From positions 3,303-67,302 of the forward strand of contig JARIGQ010000004.1 of assembly GCA_029288775.1 (NCBI GenBank): 64,000 nt of DNA, given 5' to 3'. The notes under the pieces were generated by a model. That model saw only the letters and a program-made list of their open reading frames with translations, had not been told where the DNA came from and made no database searches. This DNA is from Candidatus Nomurabacteria bacterium. Lineage in GTDB: Bacteria; Patescibacteriota; Minisyncoccia; Phycocordibacterales; UBA5272. The translations under genes and the position numbers were made by a program. This document shows positions 50,719-59,761 of this stretch, piece by piece (within the stretch, counting starts at the first letter, position 1; the number at the start of each line of letters is the position of its first letter).

Positions 50719-51582
50719 ATGGAACCTCTCAAAGATATCGTTATTTTCTATCATGCTCATTGTTATGACGGATTTGGCGCAGCATATGCGGCGTGGAAAA
50801 AATATGGAGATAATGCTTCCTATATTCCAGCTCTTCACCTAAAGGTGGATGACTACCCTGAAGGAGTTGTTGATAGAGAAGTGTATGTTCTTGATTTTTG
50901 TTTTAGTGAGCGGATTACACGTGAGCTTCTAGAGAAGAATAAAAAAGTAGTAGTGCTTGATCATCATGAGAGTGTGAAGCAGCTCGTACAAAGCCTGCCC
51001 GACCATGTCTATTCTGAAACCGATTCTGGAGCAAAGATCGCATGGAAGTTTTTTCAAGGAGAGACAGTGCCAAAGCTTATTGAGTACATTTCGGATAGTG
51101 ATACCTGGGCTCATGCTTTACCTCATTATCAGGAAATAGAAGCGTATATTCATGTCCACGAACTAGATTTTGGCGTTTTTGAGGAATTGCAAAAAGAATT
51201 AGAAACTAATCAGGGAGCTGCAATCGAAAAAGGAAAAGTGCTCACTAAACAATTTACTCAATTAGTTCAGGAACACATGGATAAAGCCATGCTTGTAGAG
51301 TTTGAAGGCTATCAAGTATATGCCGTAAATGCCTCATCTTTTTTGCGAAGTGAGCTTGGACATCAACTCGCTCTTAAGAAAGGACCATTCTCTATTGTGT
51401 ACCGGTTTGAGCGGGATGTGCTCAGGGTCTCTTTGCGAGGTGATGGAAGTATAAATTGTACAGACCTTGCTCTAAAGTACGGTGGAGGGGGTCATCATGA
51501 TGCGGCGGCTATTATTATGAAGAATAGAAACCCTTTGCCATTTAAAATAGTGGACAATCCTTACGAACATACCGAGAAGTAA
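50719..51582 (+). CDS. DHH/DHHA1-family phosphoesterase (NrnA-like nanoRNase/pAp phosphatase)
   Basis: DHH motif (VVVLDHHE), and the GGGH of DHHA1 (LKYGGGGHHDAAAI). Confidence 0.7.
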   Translation: MEPLKDIVIFYHAHCYDGFGAAYAAWKKYGDNASYIPALHLKVDDYPEGVVDREVYVLDFCFSERITRELLEKNKKVVVLDHHESVKQLVQSLPDHVYSETDSGAKIAWKFFQGETVPKLIEYISDSDTWAHALPHYQEIEAYIHVHELDFGVFEELQKELETNQGAAIEKGKVLTKQFTQLVQEHMDKAMLVEFEGYQVYAVNASSFLRSELGHQLALKKGPFSIVYRFERDVLRVSLRGDGSINCTDLALKYGGGGHHDAAAIIMKNRNPLPFKIVDNPYEHTEK

Positions 51583-51599
51583 AGGTATACTCATCTGTA

Positions 51600-52094
51600 A
51601 TGTATCAAGTACTTGTTGTAGGTTTAAGCGTCCTTTTTGTGTTTATGGGTGGATATTTTATTCGTACTGCCGACGGCCAAGGTATTGTTATGTCCGCTTT
51701 TGAGCAACAAAGAAGCGATACAATGATTCCCGGAGCTACATCTTCTTCTGGAGGTACGACTGGAAAGTATATATGTGATGAACATCAAGGTTGTCCTGAT
51801 GTGGCTGCATTGTATCTAGGTAAGGATAAGTCAGCACATTTGGTTACCACCTTTACAGAGGGGGGAGAGACACTTGATGAACATGGTTTATGGCGGAAGG
51901 CTAAAGGAGTAGTCATTATTGATTTCTCTGGAAATACCGAAGGAGAGTATGACCATCCTACTACGCGTCGTTTTAAAATAACTGCTTCAACCACACTTCG
52001 TGAAGTACAAGCTACCTCATCAAACGAATATGAAGCTCTTGTGTTTGAAAAAGAAAGCGATGAAGAGTCGGTTCTCCAAGGAGATGCTTTTTAA
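51600..52094 (+). CDS. Hypothetical membrane-anchored protein
   Basis: N-terminal TM helix (VLVVGLSVLFVFMGGYFI); no recognised domain. Confidence 0.4.
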   Translation: MYQVLVVGLSVLFVFMGGYFIRTADGQGIVMSAFEQQRSDTMIPGATSSSGGTTGKYICDEHQGCPDVAALYLGKDKSAHLVTTFTEGGETLDEHGLWRKAKGVVIIDFSGNTEGEYDHPTTRRFKITASTTLREVQATSSNEYEALVFEKESDEESVLQGDAF

Positions 52095-52245
52095 GAAGAT
52101 TTTTCTTGCGCTTAAAATCTCAAGCAATATAAGGTAAATGGGGTCTTTACCACATGTGGATTTTATTTTGTAAGATATAGAATGAAGGTATCGTCATTAA
52201 AAATGGTCGCACAATGAGAGTTAACAGATAAGACCGACCATCCTA

Positions 52246-52434
52246 ATGACTATGGCAAACAATAATCAGAACAACAATAGCAACTCAAAGCGCGGACTTG
52301 CATCAGCTGACGAACAGACTCGCAAGCGCGTGGCAAGTGAAGGAGGAAAAGCATCAGCAGAATCACGCCGCAATGATCGCAACAATAGCAATGGCGGAAA
52401 CGGAGGAGGTGGTAATGGCGGAAACAATCGATAA
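52246..52434 (+). CDS. KGG-repeat general stress protein (YciG-like)
   Basis: KRGLASADEQTRKRVASEGGKASAE matches the KGG stress-protein repeat; Asn/Gly-rich ends. Confidence 0.55.
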   Translation: MTMANNNQNNNSNSKRGLASADEQTRKRVASEGGKASAESRRNDRNNSNGGNGGGGNGGNNR

Positions 52435-52450
52435 GCCTCACAAAGCTTGC

Positions 52451-52481
52451 GAAAGCACCCCTGTAAAGGGTGCTTTCTTGC
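52451..52481 (+). terminator. Intrinsic terminator after the KGG gene
   Basis: GAAAGCACCC-CTGTAAA-GGGTGCTTTC followed by TTGCTTT. Confidence 0.6.
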
Positions 52482-52582
52482 TTTCACTTATCCACTGGCT
52501 AAGTGGCATGGGGTCGCTACACTTAAAGAATAGGGATCTCGTATCCTTCAGGTCGGAGATCCTTGAATTTTAAACTAACACT

Positions 52583-52783
52583 ATGCTCTCACAACTCGCT
52601 CGTATCTTGGTGATTGTTGGAGGCCTTAACTGGGGCCTAGTAGGTCTCGGTTCTCTTATGAGCTCTGGAAGCGACTGGAATGTCGTTCACATGCTCTTGG
52701 GTAGTTGGCCAATGTTAGAAGCTATTGTCTATCTCTTGGTAGGTCTTTCAGCTATCTACATGATTTGGGATTCCATGCGCTAA
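52583..52783 (+). CDS. DUF378-family small membrane protein
   Basis: ILVIVGGLNWGLVGL ... AIVYLLVGLSAIYMI matches the DUF378 two-TM pattern. Confidence 0.7.
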   Translation: MLSQLARILVIVGGLNWGLVGLGSLMSSGSDWNVVHMLLGSWPMLEAIVYLLVGLSAIYMIWDSMR

Positions 52784-52798
52784 GATTGGAAGTAAAAT

Positions 52799-52827
52799 AG
52801 TAAATCGCGCTTTAGGCGCGATTTACT
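52799..52827 (+). terminator. Hairpin/terminator after the DUF378 gene
   Basis: AGTAAATCGCGC-TTTAG-GCGCGATTTACT, a perfect 12-bp stem. Confidence 0.5.
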
Positions 52828-52898
52828 ATTCCCAAAAGGAGGATCTTGCTAAGGTTAGAGGTTTTTAGTATGATACAAAGCACATTTGAGGCTTTCGC

Positions 52899-52970
52899 TC
52901 CGCAGTAGCTCAGCGGTAGAGCAGCGCGCTGTTAACGCGTTGGTCGTAGGTTCGATCCCTACCTGCGGAG
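52899..52970 (+). tRNA. tRNA-Asn (anticodon GTT)
   Basis: Manual fold: acceptor TCCGCAG/CTGCGGA, D-arm GCTC-AGCGGTA-GAGC, anticodon stem GCGCG/CGCGT with loop CTGTTAA, T-arm GTAGG-TTCGATC-CCTAC, discriminator G; CCA is not encoded. Confidence 0.85.
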
Positions 52971-52985
52971 CAAAAGTCTTGAGTC

Positions 52986-53020
52986 AAAAATACCCGCCCA
53001 AAGCGGGTATTTTTGTATTT
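52986..53020 (+). terminator. Intrinsic terminator after tRNA-Asn
   Basis: AAAAATACCCGC-CCAAA-GCGGGTATTTTT followed by GTATTTT. Confidence 0.7.
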
Positions 53021-53128
53021 TGGTCTCATAGAAAAAGCCAAAGTACTCCATTGTACTCCTGTAATTTCTCTATTTCTTTCTTCGTCACAAAGAGAGTAAC
53101 CAGGATTAATTAGCACTAGTACTCAACC

Positions 53129-53809
53129 ATGGACTATACAACTACTACATACACTCCGGGAATTGGTCAACAATTTACCGCTTCGCTTCAAAATGTGTTC
53201 TATACGTTTCTTTTGTTCCTTCCTAAACTTGTCGCTGCAATTATTATTTTTATCGTGGGCTATGTTTTGGCAGTAGTGCTTGCCAAAGTAGTACGACGAA
53301 TTGTTGCTTTTAGTCGTATCGACAGAGTAGTGCAAGATGTGGAAACTCATTCTCATCTACGAAGTGCAGGAATTCATTTCATTCCTTCCGTCGTGCTTGG
53401 TGTGATTACAAAATGGCTCGTTATGATTGCTACACTGGTAACCATTGCCGGAGTACTTAACCTCCAACAGATCAATCTCTTTTTGAATCAGCTCCTCCTG
53501 TATATTCCTAATATTCTAGTTGCGATTGTTATTGTTACCGTCGGATTTATTGTGGGGGATTTCTTGGAACGGTTGGTTAAAGGAATGCAGTTCTCAAGTA
53601 TTAGCCTTGGGGATAAACAAGTTATTTCGTTGGTGGCCAAGTACGGAACGGTCATCTTTGCAATTACCGCTGCGCTCGTACAATTAAAGATTGCAACTTC
53701 TCTTATTCAAATGCTCTTTGGAGGGCTTGTGCTTACTCTTACACTTGCCTTTGGTTTGGGTGGACGAGAGCATGCCGCTAAACTTCTCGATAAAGTCTAT
53801 CCGCGATAG
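53129..53809 (+). CDS. Hypothetical polytopic membrane protein
   Basis: Multiple TM helices with repeated 'conserved TM helix'-like segments (IIIFIVGYVLAVVLAKVVRRIV ... IVIVTVGFIVGDFLERLVKG); function unknown. Confidence 0.45.
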   Translation: MDYTTTTYTPGIGQQFTASLQNVFYTFLLFLPKLVAAIIIFIVGYVLAVVLAKVVRRIVAFSRIDRVVQDVETHSHLRSAGIHFIPSVVLGVITKWLVMIATLVTIAGVLNLQQINLFLNQLLLYIPNILVAIVIVTVGFIVGDFLERLVKGMQFSSISLGDKQVISLVAKYGTVIFAITAALVQLKIATSLIQMLFGGLVLTLTLAFGLGGREHAAKLLDKVYPR

Positions 53810-53825
53810 AGGGATAAGATGTGGA

Positions 53826-53863
53826 AACAGAAGAGCACCTTAAGAGGTGCTCTTCTGTTTTGG
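53826..53863. terminator. Bidirectional intrinsic terminator between the membrane-protein gene (+) and PMM (-)
   Basis: AAACAGAAGAGCACC-TTAAG-AGGTGCTCTTCTGTTTT. Confidence 0.75.
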
Positions 53864-53889
53864 TTGAGGAATTGGAGCTCGGACTAGTT

Positions 53890-54633
53890 TTAAGAAATAA
53901 GAAGGTCTCGGATAAAATCAGCAGTTTCTTGGACATTCTTAACTGCGTGGGTTTGTACCGGAACACGAAAGACAGCAGCATCATTACCTCCTTCAAAGAG
54001 TGCGTCGCCTACATAGACACATGATTCTATTGGTTGTTCCAGGCGATTGGCGAATTGTTGAACTGCGTAAGCTTTATCGATGCCGATTTTAGTGATATCA
54101 ATTGTAGTCATTCCTCCCAACCGAAGACAAAAGCCAGGCAGTTGAGGGGTTGCGCGAGCAACGAGCATTTGTCGTATCTTTTGATCCGGGTCGAATGTTT
54201 TTTTTGCTTCAAGTGGAGCTTCTTGACCCAAGAGCGAAATAGCTATTGAAGATGTGCGGTCTTCGATTTGGTTGCCAAAGAGCGCGTGCCCTTCTGTTAC
54301 TTCTTTGACAAGAGGTTCGAAGACTTCCGTGATGTGTTTTTTTTCTTCATCGCTTAATTCCATGACATACAAGTCTTTCCAAGTATTGTCTTCGTATAAT
54401 AAAGCGCGTGCGCCTGAAGTAGGAAAAAGGGTAAGGTTACTAAGGAGAGTAGAAGGTGGAAGATGAGCGACAATTTGTGACTTCATTTGTTCTATTCCTG
54501 CCCCGGATACCAAAGCAACAGGGAGACGATTTATAAGTCCACCAAGAAGCGTAGCCATTTCAAATGAAAGTGCTTGTTTGCTTTCAGTTAGAGTTCCATC
54601 TATGTCAAACAATATACCAGATAGCTTATTCAT
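53890..54633 (-). CDS. Eukaryotic-type phosphomannomutase (HAD-IIB, PMM family)
   Basis: HAD motif I ILFDIDGTLT, about 247 aa like PMM, and C-terminal VYVGDALFEGGNDAAVF (PMM-like ...GDK...GGND.EIF). Confidence 0.65.
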   Translation of the reverse strand: MNKLSGILFDIDGTLTESKQALSFEMATLLGGLINRLPVALVSGAGIEQMKSQIVAHLPPSTLLSNLTLFPTSGARALLYEDNTWKDLYVMELSDEEKKHITEVFEPLVKEVTEGHALFGNQIEDRTSSIAISLLGQEAPLEAKKTFDPDQKIRQMLVARATPQLPGFCLRLGGMTTIDITKIGIDKAYAVQQFANRLEQPIESCVYVGDALFEGGNDAAVFRVPVQTHAVKNVQETADFIRDLLIS

Positions 54634-54639
54634 GGACGG

Positions 54640-56571
54640 TTACTTAGCAGGCACAGGCTGCAGGCGGTTCATAAGCAGGGAAAGGGAGCAAGTGGCAACA
54701 TGGACTACCTTGTCTCCTCCGCCGTAATAGATAAACAACGTATCGTCTTGAAGCACTGCTCCGCATGGAAATACTACGTGAGGAATAATGCCCTCATGTT
54801 CATAGGCTGTATGTGGGAACATAATTGGCTCTATGCCTCGTCCTATGAGAACTGTGGGATCATGTGTATCCATAAGCGCAGCACCCAATGAGTATGTCCC
54901 ATCTTCTGAAATGCCGTGATAAAGGAGAAGCCATCCGGCTGATGTGTGGAGTGGAGGACTAGCAAGTCCTATTTTGCGGGAATCCCAAAACCCAGGACGG
55001 GGTTGCAGGACATCGATACATTTTGAGAGTTGTATATTCTCTAAAGGTTCTATGGATGGCACCGTATCGGCGCATAGTTGTCCGTTGATACGATGCAGGA
55101 ATACATACTCTCCTTTAACTGTTTCCGAGACCAGACATGCATCCTTGTCGCTTATTCCTGGCGGGCTAATAAGGTGCGGAGTATGCCACTTTTCCCACGC
55201 ACGATCGAGAAAGTCGGTTTTACTAATGGAAGTAATAGCTACCCGAGGTTCATCGACCCCATTGTACGCGGTGTAGAGCATATAAAGGGTATTGTCGATG
55301 CAGGTAATACGAGGATCTTCGCATCCGGAAAATGTGTTATCTCCCGCCTTTTTCATTTCAAAAGATTCTCGTGGTAGATAGATAGGGTCGGGAAGTCGCT
55401 CAGAAACCGTGTATCCATCCTGAGAAACAGCAAGGCCAACTACAGAGGTATTGTCACTCCCCATGGCTCGATAGAGGATATAGGTTGTGTCATCAATCTT
55501 AATCGCGGCAGGGTTAAATACTGCTACATTCTGCCACTTTGATCGAAGGAGGGGCTTAAGTATTGGTCCGCGAGGGGCGCGCGTGACAAGCTCCTCCTCT
55601 CTCATGCTTGTAAGAAGATGTGAGAGAACGAGGTTTGCTTTTGCACATACGGTGTCTCCAGCGCCATAGAAGATACTTAGTACGTCGGTTGTTTCATTAT
55701 AGATAAGACCCGAAGGAAATACTACATCTCGTACAAGACCGAATCGTTCATAAGCGGCTTCCGGTACAAGGATGGGGTTACGTGTACGGTATACGATCTT
55801 GAGAGGATTCACTTTATCGAGAACTACAGCTTCGATGGTAAACAATCTTTTTTCCGGAGTGAAATAGTGTTGGGCGCGAGAGTAAATGAGAAGCCATCCG
55901 TCTTTGGTAAGTAATGGCGGGGCACCAACTTCATTGTGATCATCGGAAGTTTTTGAGAGTATTAGCTTTTGCGATTGAAGATTGGCATGCCAGGTTGTCC
56001 AATAGTCTTCCGTAAAGAATTCTTCAATGGAGTCTGCTTGGGCTATAGCGGTTACGGCAGGGGGTTCGTCCGTGTGTGCTGTAAGGATGAGTGTTACTTT
56101 TCCCTCTATACGTTCAGGAAACAAAGTCATTGCCTTGGCGTTAAAAGGCGTGACAAGGTGTCGAGACTCAATCGTAATAAGGTCGCTTGATATGGCACAT
56201 GCGGCTTTGATGGTAGAGGGACCGAATGGAACACCTGAAATGGCTGTATAGAATATATAGTACTTCCCTTCAAAGTAGGTGACTCGCGGATCCTCACATG
56301 CGTACATATCGTATGATTCATTTCCCTCAAAAAGAATTCTTTCCTCTGCAAACGTTCCATCCGGTTGCTCCTTAGCAATGCCAATACACGATCGGGGTGC
56401 ATCATTTGATACCAAAGGATCAGGCCTTCCGATGGCGCGGTAGACAAGATAAGTGGCACCGTCTTTTTGTATAGGACAGCCATTTAAGGCTGCAACTGCT
56501 TGACGGGGGTCATGAGGAGAGGGCAGGAGAAGTGGATTTTTTTGCGAACGGGTAACTGTATACATATACAA
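54640..56571 (-). CDS. Tandem double GH130-domain protein (mannoside phosphorylase/hydrolase family)
   Basis: Two GH130-like units, each with the YRA.G... / CEDPRVT..[Y]Y..YTA pattern (CEDPRVTYFEGKYYIFYTA; GCEDPRITCIDNTLYMLYTAYNG). Confidence 0.7.
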   Translation of the reverse strand: MYMYTVTRSQKNPLLLPSPHDPRQAVAALNGCPIQKDGATYLVYRAIGRPDPLVSNDAPRSCIGIAKEQPDGTFAEERILFEGNESYDMYACEDPRVTYFEGKYYIFYTAISGVPFGPSTIKAACAISSDLITIESRHLVTPFNAKAMTLFPERIEGKVTLILTAHTDEPPAVTAIAQADSIEEFFTEDYWTTWHANLQSQKLILSKTSDDHNEVGAPPLLTKDGWLLIYSRAQHYFTPEKRLFTIEAVVLDKVNPLKIVYRTRNPILVPEAAYERFGLVRDVVFPSGLIYNETTDVLSIFYGAGDTVCAKANLVLSHLLTSMREEELVTRAPRGPILKPLLRSKWQNVAVFNPAAIKIDDTTYILYRAMGSDNTSVVGLAVSQDGYTVSERLPDPIYLPRESFEMKKAGDNTFSGCEDPRITCIDNTLYMLYTAYNGVDEPRVAITSISKTDFLDRAWEKWHTPHLISPPGISDKDACLVSETVKGEYVFLHRINGQLCADTVPSIEPLENIQLSKCIDVLQPRPGFWDSRKIGLASPPLHTSAGWLLLYHGISEDGTYSLGAALMDTHDPTVLIGRGIEPIMFPHTAYEHEGIIPHVVFPCGAVLQDDTLFIYYGGGDKVVHVATCSLSLLMNRLQPVPAK

Positions 56572-56577
56572 TGAAGT

Positions 56578-57717
56578 TTATCCTGTTTTAGTAAGAAGTT
56601 CATGTAACAACTCCTTCTCTTCTAAGTGGGCGACACATACACGTTTATCTCCTCCACCATAATAGAGAAAGATTCTATCGCCTTGTTTTACTGCCCCGCA
56701 CACATACACGATTCCTGGTTTACCGTCATTTTCATACCATTCATTTGGTTCCAGAAGGGGGAATTGTAATCGTGCCAACACGCGATATGGTTCTTGTAAG
56801 TCCAAAAGAAGAACACCTACTTTGTACTTATGTGGTTCAGCATGGGTGTTTGCATGGTAGAACAGAAGCCATCCCTTTTCTGTTTTAAGGGGAGGTGCCC
56901 CTGGACCCCGCATTCGAGTATCCCATGTTGCATCTGTCGTAGATTCGCGAGGGCCGACGGGACTTTGCACAAACGGCTGAGAGAATCCAAACCCTTCAAG
57001 GTTCTCTCGAAGCTCGATTTCTATTTTAGGGGAAATGCTATGAAGAATACCGTACTTGCCTTGTATTTTTTCTGGAAATAGTACCCAGTTTTTATGTATT
57101 TCTCCCGGAGGAGAAATGAGCTGGGGACGCTTCCATGTCCATTTCTTTTCGAGAAAATCCTTTTCGCTGATTGATGTAAGTCCAATCCGTATGAAGTCCC
57201 ACCCATCAAAGGCACTGTAGGTAAGATAGATAGTGTCGTCAATCTTTGTAATGCGTGGATCTTCACAGCCTCCCCAACTCCCTCCTGAAGGGTAAAGTGT
57301 AGGGTTATATGCTCGAAGATAGGGCGGAATAAATCGGTCAATAATGGAAGAATACACGGGGTAGGGAAGCGTACCGTCAATACGTACTCCATCTTTTGAG
57401 GATGCATATCCCAGGCGTGACACTCCATCTTTTCCGATGGCACGATACAAAAGGTGGGTTGTGTCTCCTATGCGAATTGCTCCGGGATTAAATACACCTT
57501 CGCACTCCCAGTCAAGGTGAAAACGTCCCTCATGTATCGGGTTGTGATATCCCTTTTGTATAAGGATTGATTTGGAGCCCTCTCTTTTCTCATCGGGACG
57601 AACATATTTTTTCCATAACACATAGAGGAGTACAAGAACAATGATTCCAAGTGTTTGAACAGCAAGCGGCGATTCCAGTAGTGTATCTGGAAGAGACGAA
57701 GATGTGGACGATATCAT
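56578..57717 (-). CDS. GH130-family glycoside phosphorylase/hydrolase with an N-terminal TM anchor
   Basis: TM segment LAVQTLGIIVLVLLYVLW, then GVFNPGAIRIGDTTHLLYRAIG ... WGGCEDPRITKIDDTIYLTYSAFDG. Confidence 0.7.
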   Translation of the reverse strand: MISSTSSSLPDTLLESPLAVQTLGIIVLVLLYVLWKKYVRPDEKREGSKSILIQKGYHNPIHEGRFHLDWECEGVFNPGAIRIGDTTHLLYRAIGKDGVSRLGYASSKDGVRIDGTLPYPVYSSIIDRFIPPYLRAYNPTLYPSGGSWGGCEDPRITKIDDTIYLTYSAFDGWDFIRIGLTSISEKDFLEKKWTWKRPQLISPPGEIHKNWVLFPEKIQGKYGILHSISPKIEIELRENLEGFGFSQPFVQSPVGPRESTTDATWDTRMRGPGAPPLKTEKGWLLFYHANTHAEPHKYKVGVLLLDLQEPYRVLARLQFPLLEPNEWYENDGKPGIVYVCGAVKQGDRIFLYYGGGDKRVCVAHLEEKELLHELLTKTG

Positions 57718-58151
57718 GATTGCTGAGGCGTATGTGCGCGTGTTGGTCTATTATATTTGTCTTCCAATCGCTCTATGTCTTCTTCATTAAACATACCAAT
57801 GGCAATTTCCAAAAAAACCACAGGATCAGAATCGGCTTGTATGCGATGAAGGGTGCCTCGTGGAACTTCGTAATACTTTCCCACCTCAAGAGGGCTTGAG
57901 GAAGTGTCCAAAGTAATAGTTCCTGTGCCTGAGATAATCTTCCAGTATTCGTCGCGATTTTCATGGCGTTGCAGGCTGAAGGCTTCACCCGGTAATACTG
58001 TAATAATTTTTACCGTACTTGGCTCATTGAGAGTAAAACGCTCGAATGTTCCCCATGGCCGTTCTTCTGTTTTGTGTGCAATAAGGTGAGGGTGAGGATC
58101 CATAGAGAGGGTTTTGCTTAATGTACTTTCAGTATATAGACAAAAAGACAT
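57714..58151 (-). CDS. Stand-alone mannose-6-phosphate isomerase-type (type II PMI) cupin domain
   Basis: RPWGTFERF..NEPSTVKIITVLPGEAFSLQRHENRDEYWKIISGTG ... YYEVPRGTLHRIQADSDPVVFLEIAIGMFNEEDIERLEDKYNR matches the ManC/PMI C-terminal cupin. It overlaps the next gene by 4 nt (ATGA). Confidence 0.65.
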   Translation of the reverse strand: MSFCLYTESTLSKTLSMDPHPHLIAHKTEERPWGTFERFTLNEPSTVKIITVLPGEAFSLQRHENRDEYWKIISGTGTITLDTSSSPLEVGKYYEVPRGTLHRIQADSDPVVFLEIAIGMFNEEDIERLEDKYNRPTRAHTPQQS

Positions 58152-58206
58152 TATTTGGTGTTGAAAACCTGCTGCTTACAACCTTTTTACTCTATCAGCA
58201 CATGTA

Positions 58207-58241
58207 AAATAGGCTCCCCTTGCTAGAAGGGGAGCCTATTT
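58207..58241 (-). terminator. Intrinsic terminator (bidirectional hairpin) downstream of the GlsB-like gene
   Basis: AAATAGGCTCCCC-TTGCTAGAA-GGGGAGCCTATTT. Confidence 0.7.
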
Positions 58242-58256
58242 GTTAAACGAACTTAT

Positions 58257-58505
58257 TTATCTCCTGATCGCGCGAACGATTGCAATAAGTACACAGGCAC
58301 CGATGAGCGCAACTATGAAACTGTAAAGATTGAACCCTGTCGTGCCGGACTGGCCGAAGAAACTCATGATCCAGCCACCAATGACTGCACCGACAATACC
58401 AACGATGATATTGAGGAGGGGGCCTTGTTCGGCGTCAGTCTTCATAATGATTGAAGCGATCCATCCCACAAGAGCACCGAAGATGATCCATAGAAGTATT
58501 CCCAT
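58257..58505 (-). CDS. GlsB/YeaQ/YmgE-family (transglycosylase-associated) small membrane protein
   Basis: MGILLWIIFGALVGWIASIIM...GIVGAVIGGWI, the family signature. Confidence 0.8.
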   Translation of the reverse strand: MGILLWIIFGALVGWIASIIMKTDAEQGPLLNIIVGIVGAVIGGWIMSFFGQSGTTGFNLYSFIVALIGACVLIAIVRAIRR

Positions 58506-58633
58506 AGTAGTATAGATTAGTTAATGTAATGTCCAGGGTCGCGTAAGCGCAACTCTGTCTATGTATGGTGACGCTTTGGGAAAAAGAATCTTACTTTGAG
58601 AGCGCTTGAAAAGACTAGTATTTAAAGGATTAT

Positions 58634-58963
58634 CTAGAAGCTCTCCTGGTTCTCCTCATCTCCCATTTGGGTAAATTCATCCAAGTTCACCAAGGAATCC
58701 ATTTTGTCATCTACTTCTTCCAGCTCCATCTCATCTTCTGATTTTTTGGGTGTGCCATCATCAAAGGGTACGCCGAGGAGTTCTTCTCTTAGTTCTCCGG
58801 GAGAATGATATTCTTTTTCTGGTAGAAGGGCTATTGCTTCGCGGACATTATCAGGCAATGGGAAATCCAATGATTCTTGGACAAGTCCATCGCGATCGAT
58901 AGGAAAAGGAACGTTTTCAAAAAAATCATCCAAGTGGTTAATGATGCTTCTATCCATATGCAT
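58634..58963 (-). CDS. Hypothetical acidic protein
   Basis: ORF trimmed to Met-50 (MHMDRS...) because a strong terminator for the upstream gene lies at 58990-59018; highly acidic C-terminus. Confidence 0.35.
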   Translation of the reverse strand: MHMDRSIINHLDDFFENVPFPIDRDGLVQESLDFPLPDNVREAIALLPEKEYHSPGELREELLGVPFDDGTPKKSEDEMELEEVDDKMDSLVNLDEFTQMGDEENQESF

Positions 58964-58989
58964 CCTAGACGGAAGGAGATTTATTCTCT

Positions 58990-59018
58990 TACAAAAAAGC
59001 GCCCATCGGGCGCTTTCT
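58990..59018 (-). terminator. Intrinsic terminator downstream of the 59028-59735 membrane-protein gene
   Basis: Minus strand reads AGAAAGCGCCCGATGGGCGCTTTTTTGT. Confidence 0.75.
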
Positions 59019-59027
59019 AAGTACAGG

Positions 59028-59735
59028 TTAAGCAATGTGAGGTCCTGAAGTACTTTTAGATTTATGCATATGGTGGTCTTTAAGCATCTTGTAAACATAG
59101 GCGTATGCAATAAGGGAGAGAGGAACAGTAATCACCAGTCCCACGCCAAGAAGAAGGAGTCCTAGAAGATTTATAGCGGCTAAAATGAGATTGAATGCAA
59201 GGAGTTTAAGAAACATTCCTCTTGTACTGTTCCAGCTAGAAGTAAAGGAAGTCCGAACGTCTGCGCTACTGTCTATGATGGCATAGATGTAGAATTTGAG
59301 GCGTAAAGAAATGTAAAGCAGTGGCCATAGAGAAAGTATTCCCACACCAACCGCAAGCCATATATGATCTTCCGAAGAAGAAAAGAGTTTGAAAATAACG
59401 GCCGCGTCAATAACTCCAATGAGGGTAACAAGGAGGCCAATTATCACCATATAAAGGAGGGTACCTAGAAGGGATTTTATAAAAATGGTTTTATTGGTAA
59501 ACGGCAAAAGGAGGTCTTTCCATGCGGTAGGTTGTCCATCTACGATTCGAAGCGAAAGGCCTACAAGCCCAATCATGACTATTAATCCTACTAAGAGATG
59601 AAGAGGGGGGAAAGTGGGAATCGAGAGAAGAAAAAGTGAAACTAACGCCACTTGAAAGAGGAACCAGGAATGTTCTTTGGTTTTTTCCCATCCGAACGTT
59701 AGTGCGTGCTGTATTGAAAATGTATGTTGTGTCAT
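59028..59735 (-). CDS. Hypothetical polytopic membrane protein
   Basis: 6-7 predicted TM helices; no recognised catalytic motif. Confidence 0.45.
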   Translation of the reverse strand: MTQHTFSIQHALTFGWEKTKEHSWFLFQVALVSLFLLSIPTFPPLHLLVGLIVMIGLVGLSLRIVDGQPTAWKDLLLPFTNKTIFIKSLLGTLLYMVIIGLLVTLIGVIDAAVIFKLFSSSEDHIWLAVGVGILSLWPLLYISLRLKFYIYAIIDSSADVRTSFTSSWNSTRGMFLKLLAFNLILAAINLLGLLLLGVGLVITVPLSLIAYAYVYKMLKDHHMHKSKSTSGPHIA

Positions 59736-59761
59736 AAGCCTAGTATAGCAGGCCAATGATC

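Noticed and set aside
52886-53116. ORFs 52886-53113 (+) and 52910-53116 (-) from the ORF track
   Set aside because: Both overlap tRNA-Asn and its terminator; translation of tRNA sequence is spurious.
58128-58145. Single TTCAGTATATA word resembling the CAGTA-element motif upstream of the PMI-cupin gene
   Set aside because: Only one copy, with no phased array or inverted partner. It is treated as chance or a remnant, not a member of the element family.
58964-59110. N-terminal 49 codons of the minus-strand ORF 58634-59110
   Set aside because: This extension overlaps the 3' end of the upstream membrane-protein gene and contains that gene's intrinsic terminator (58990-59018). It was trimmed to Met-50.
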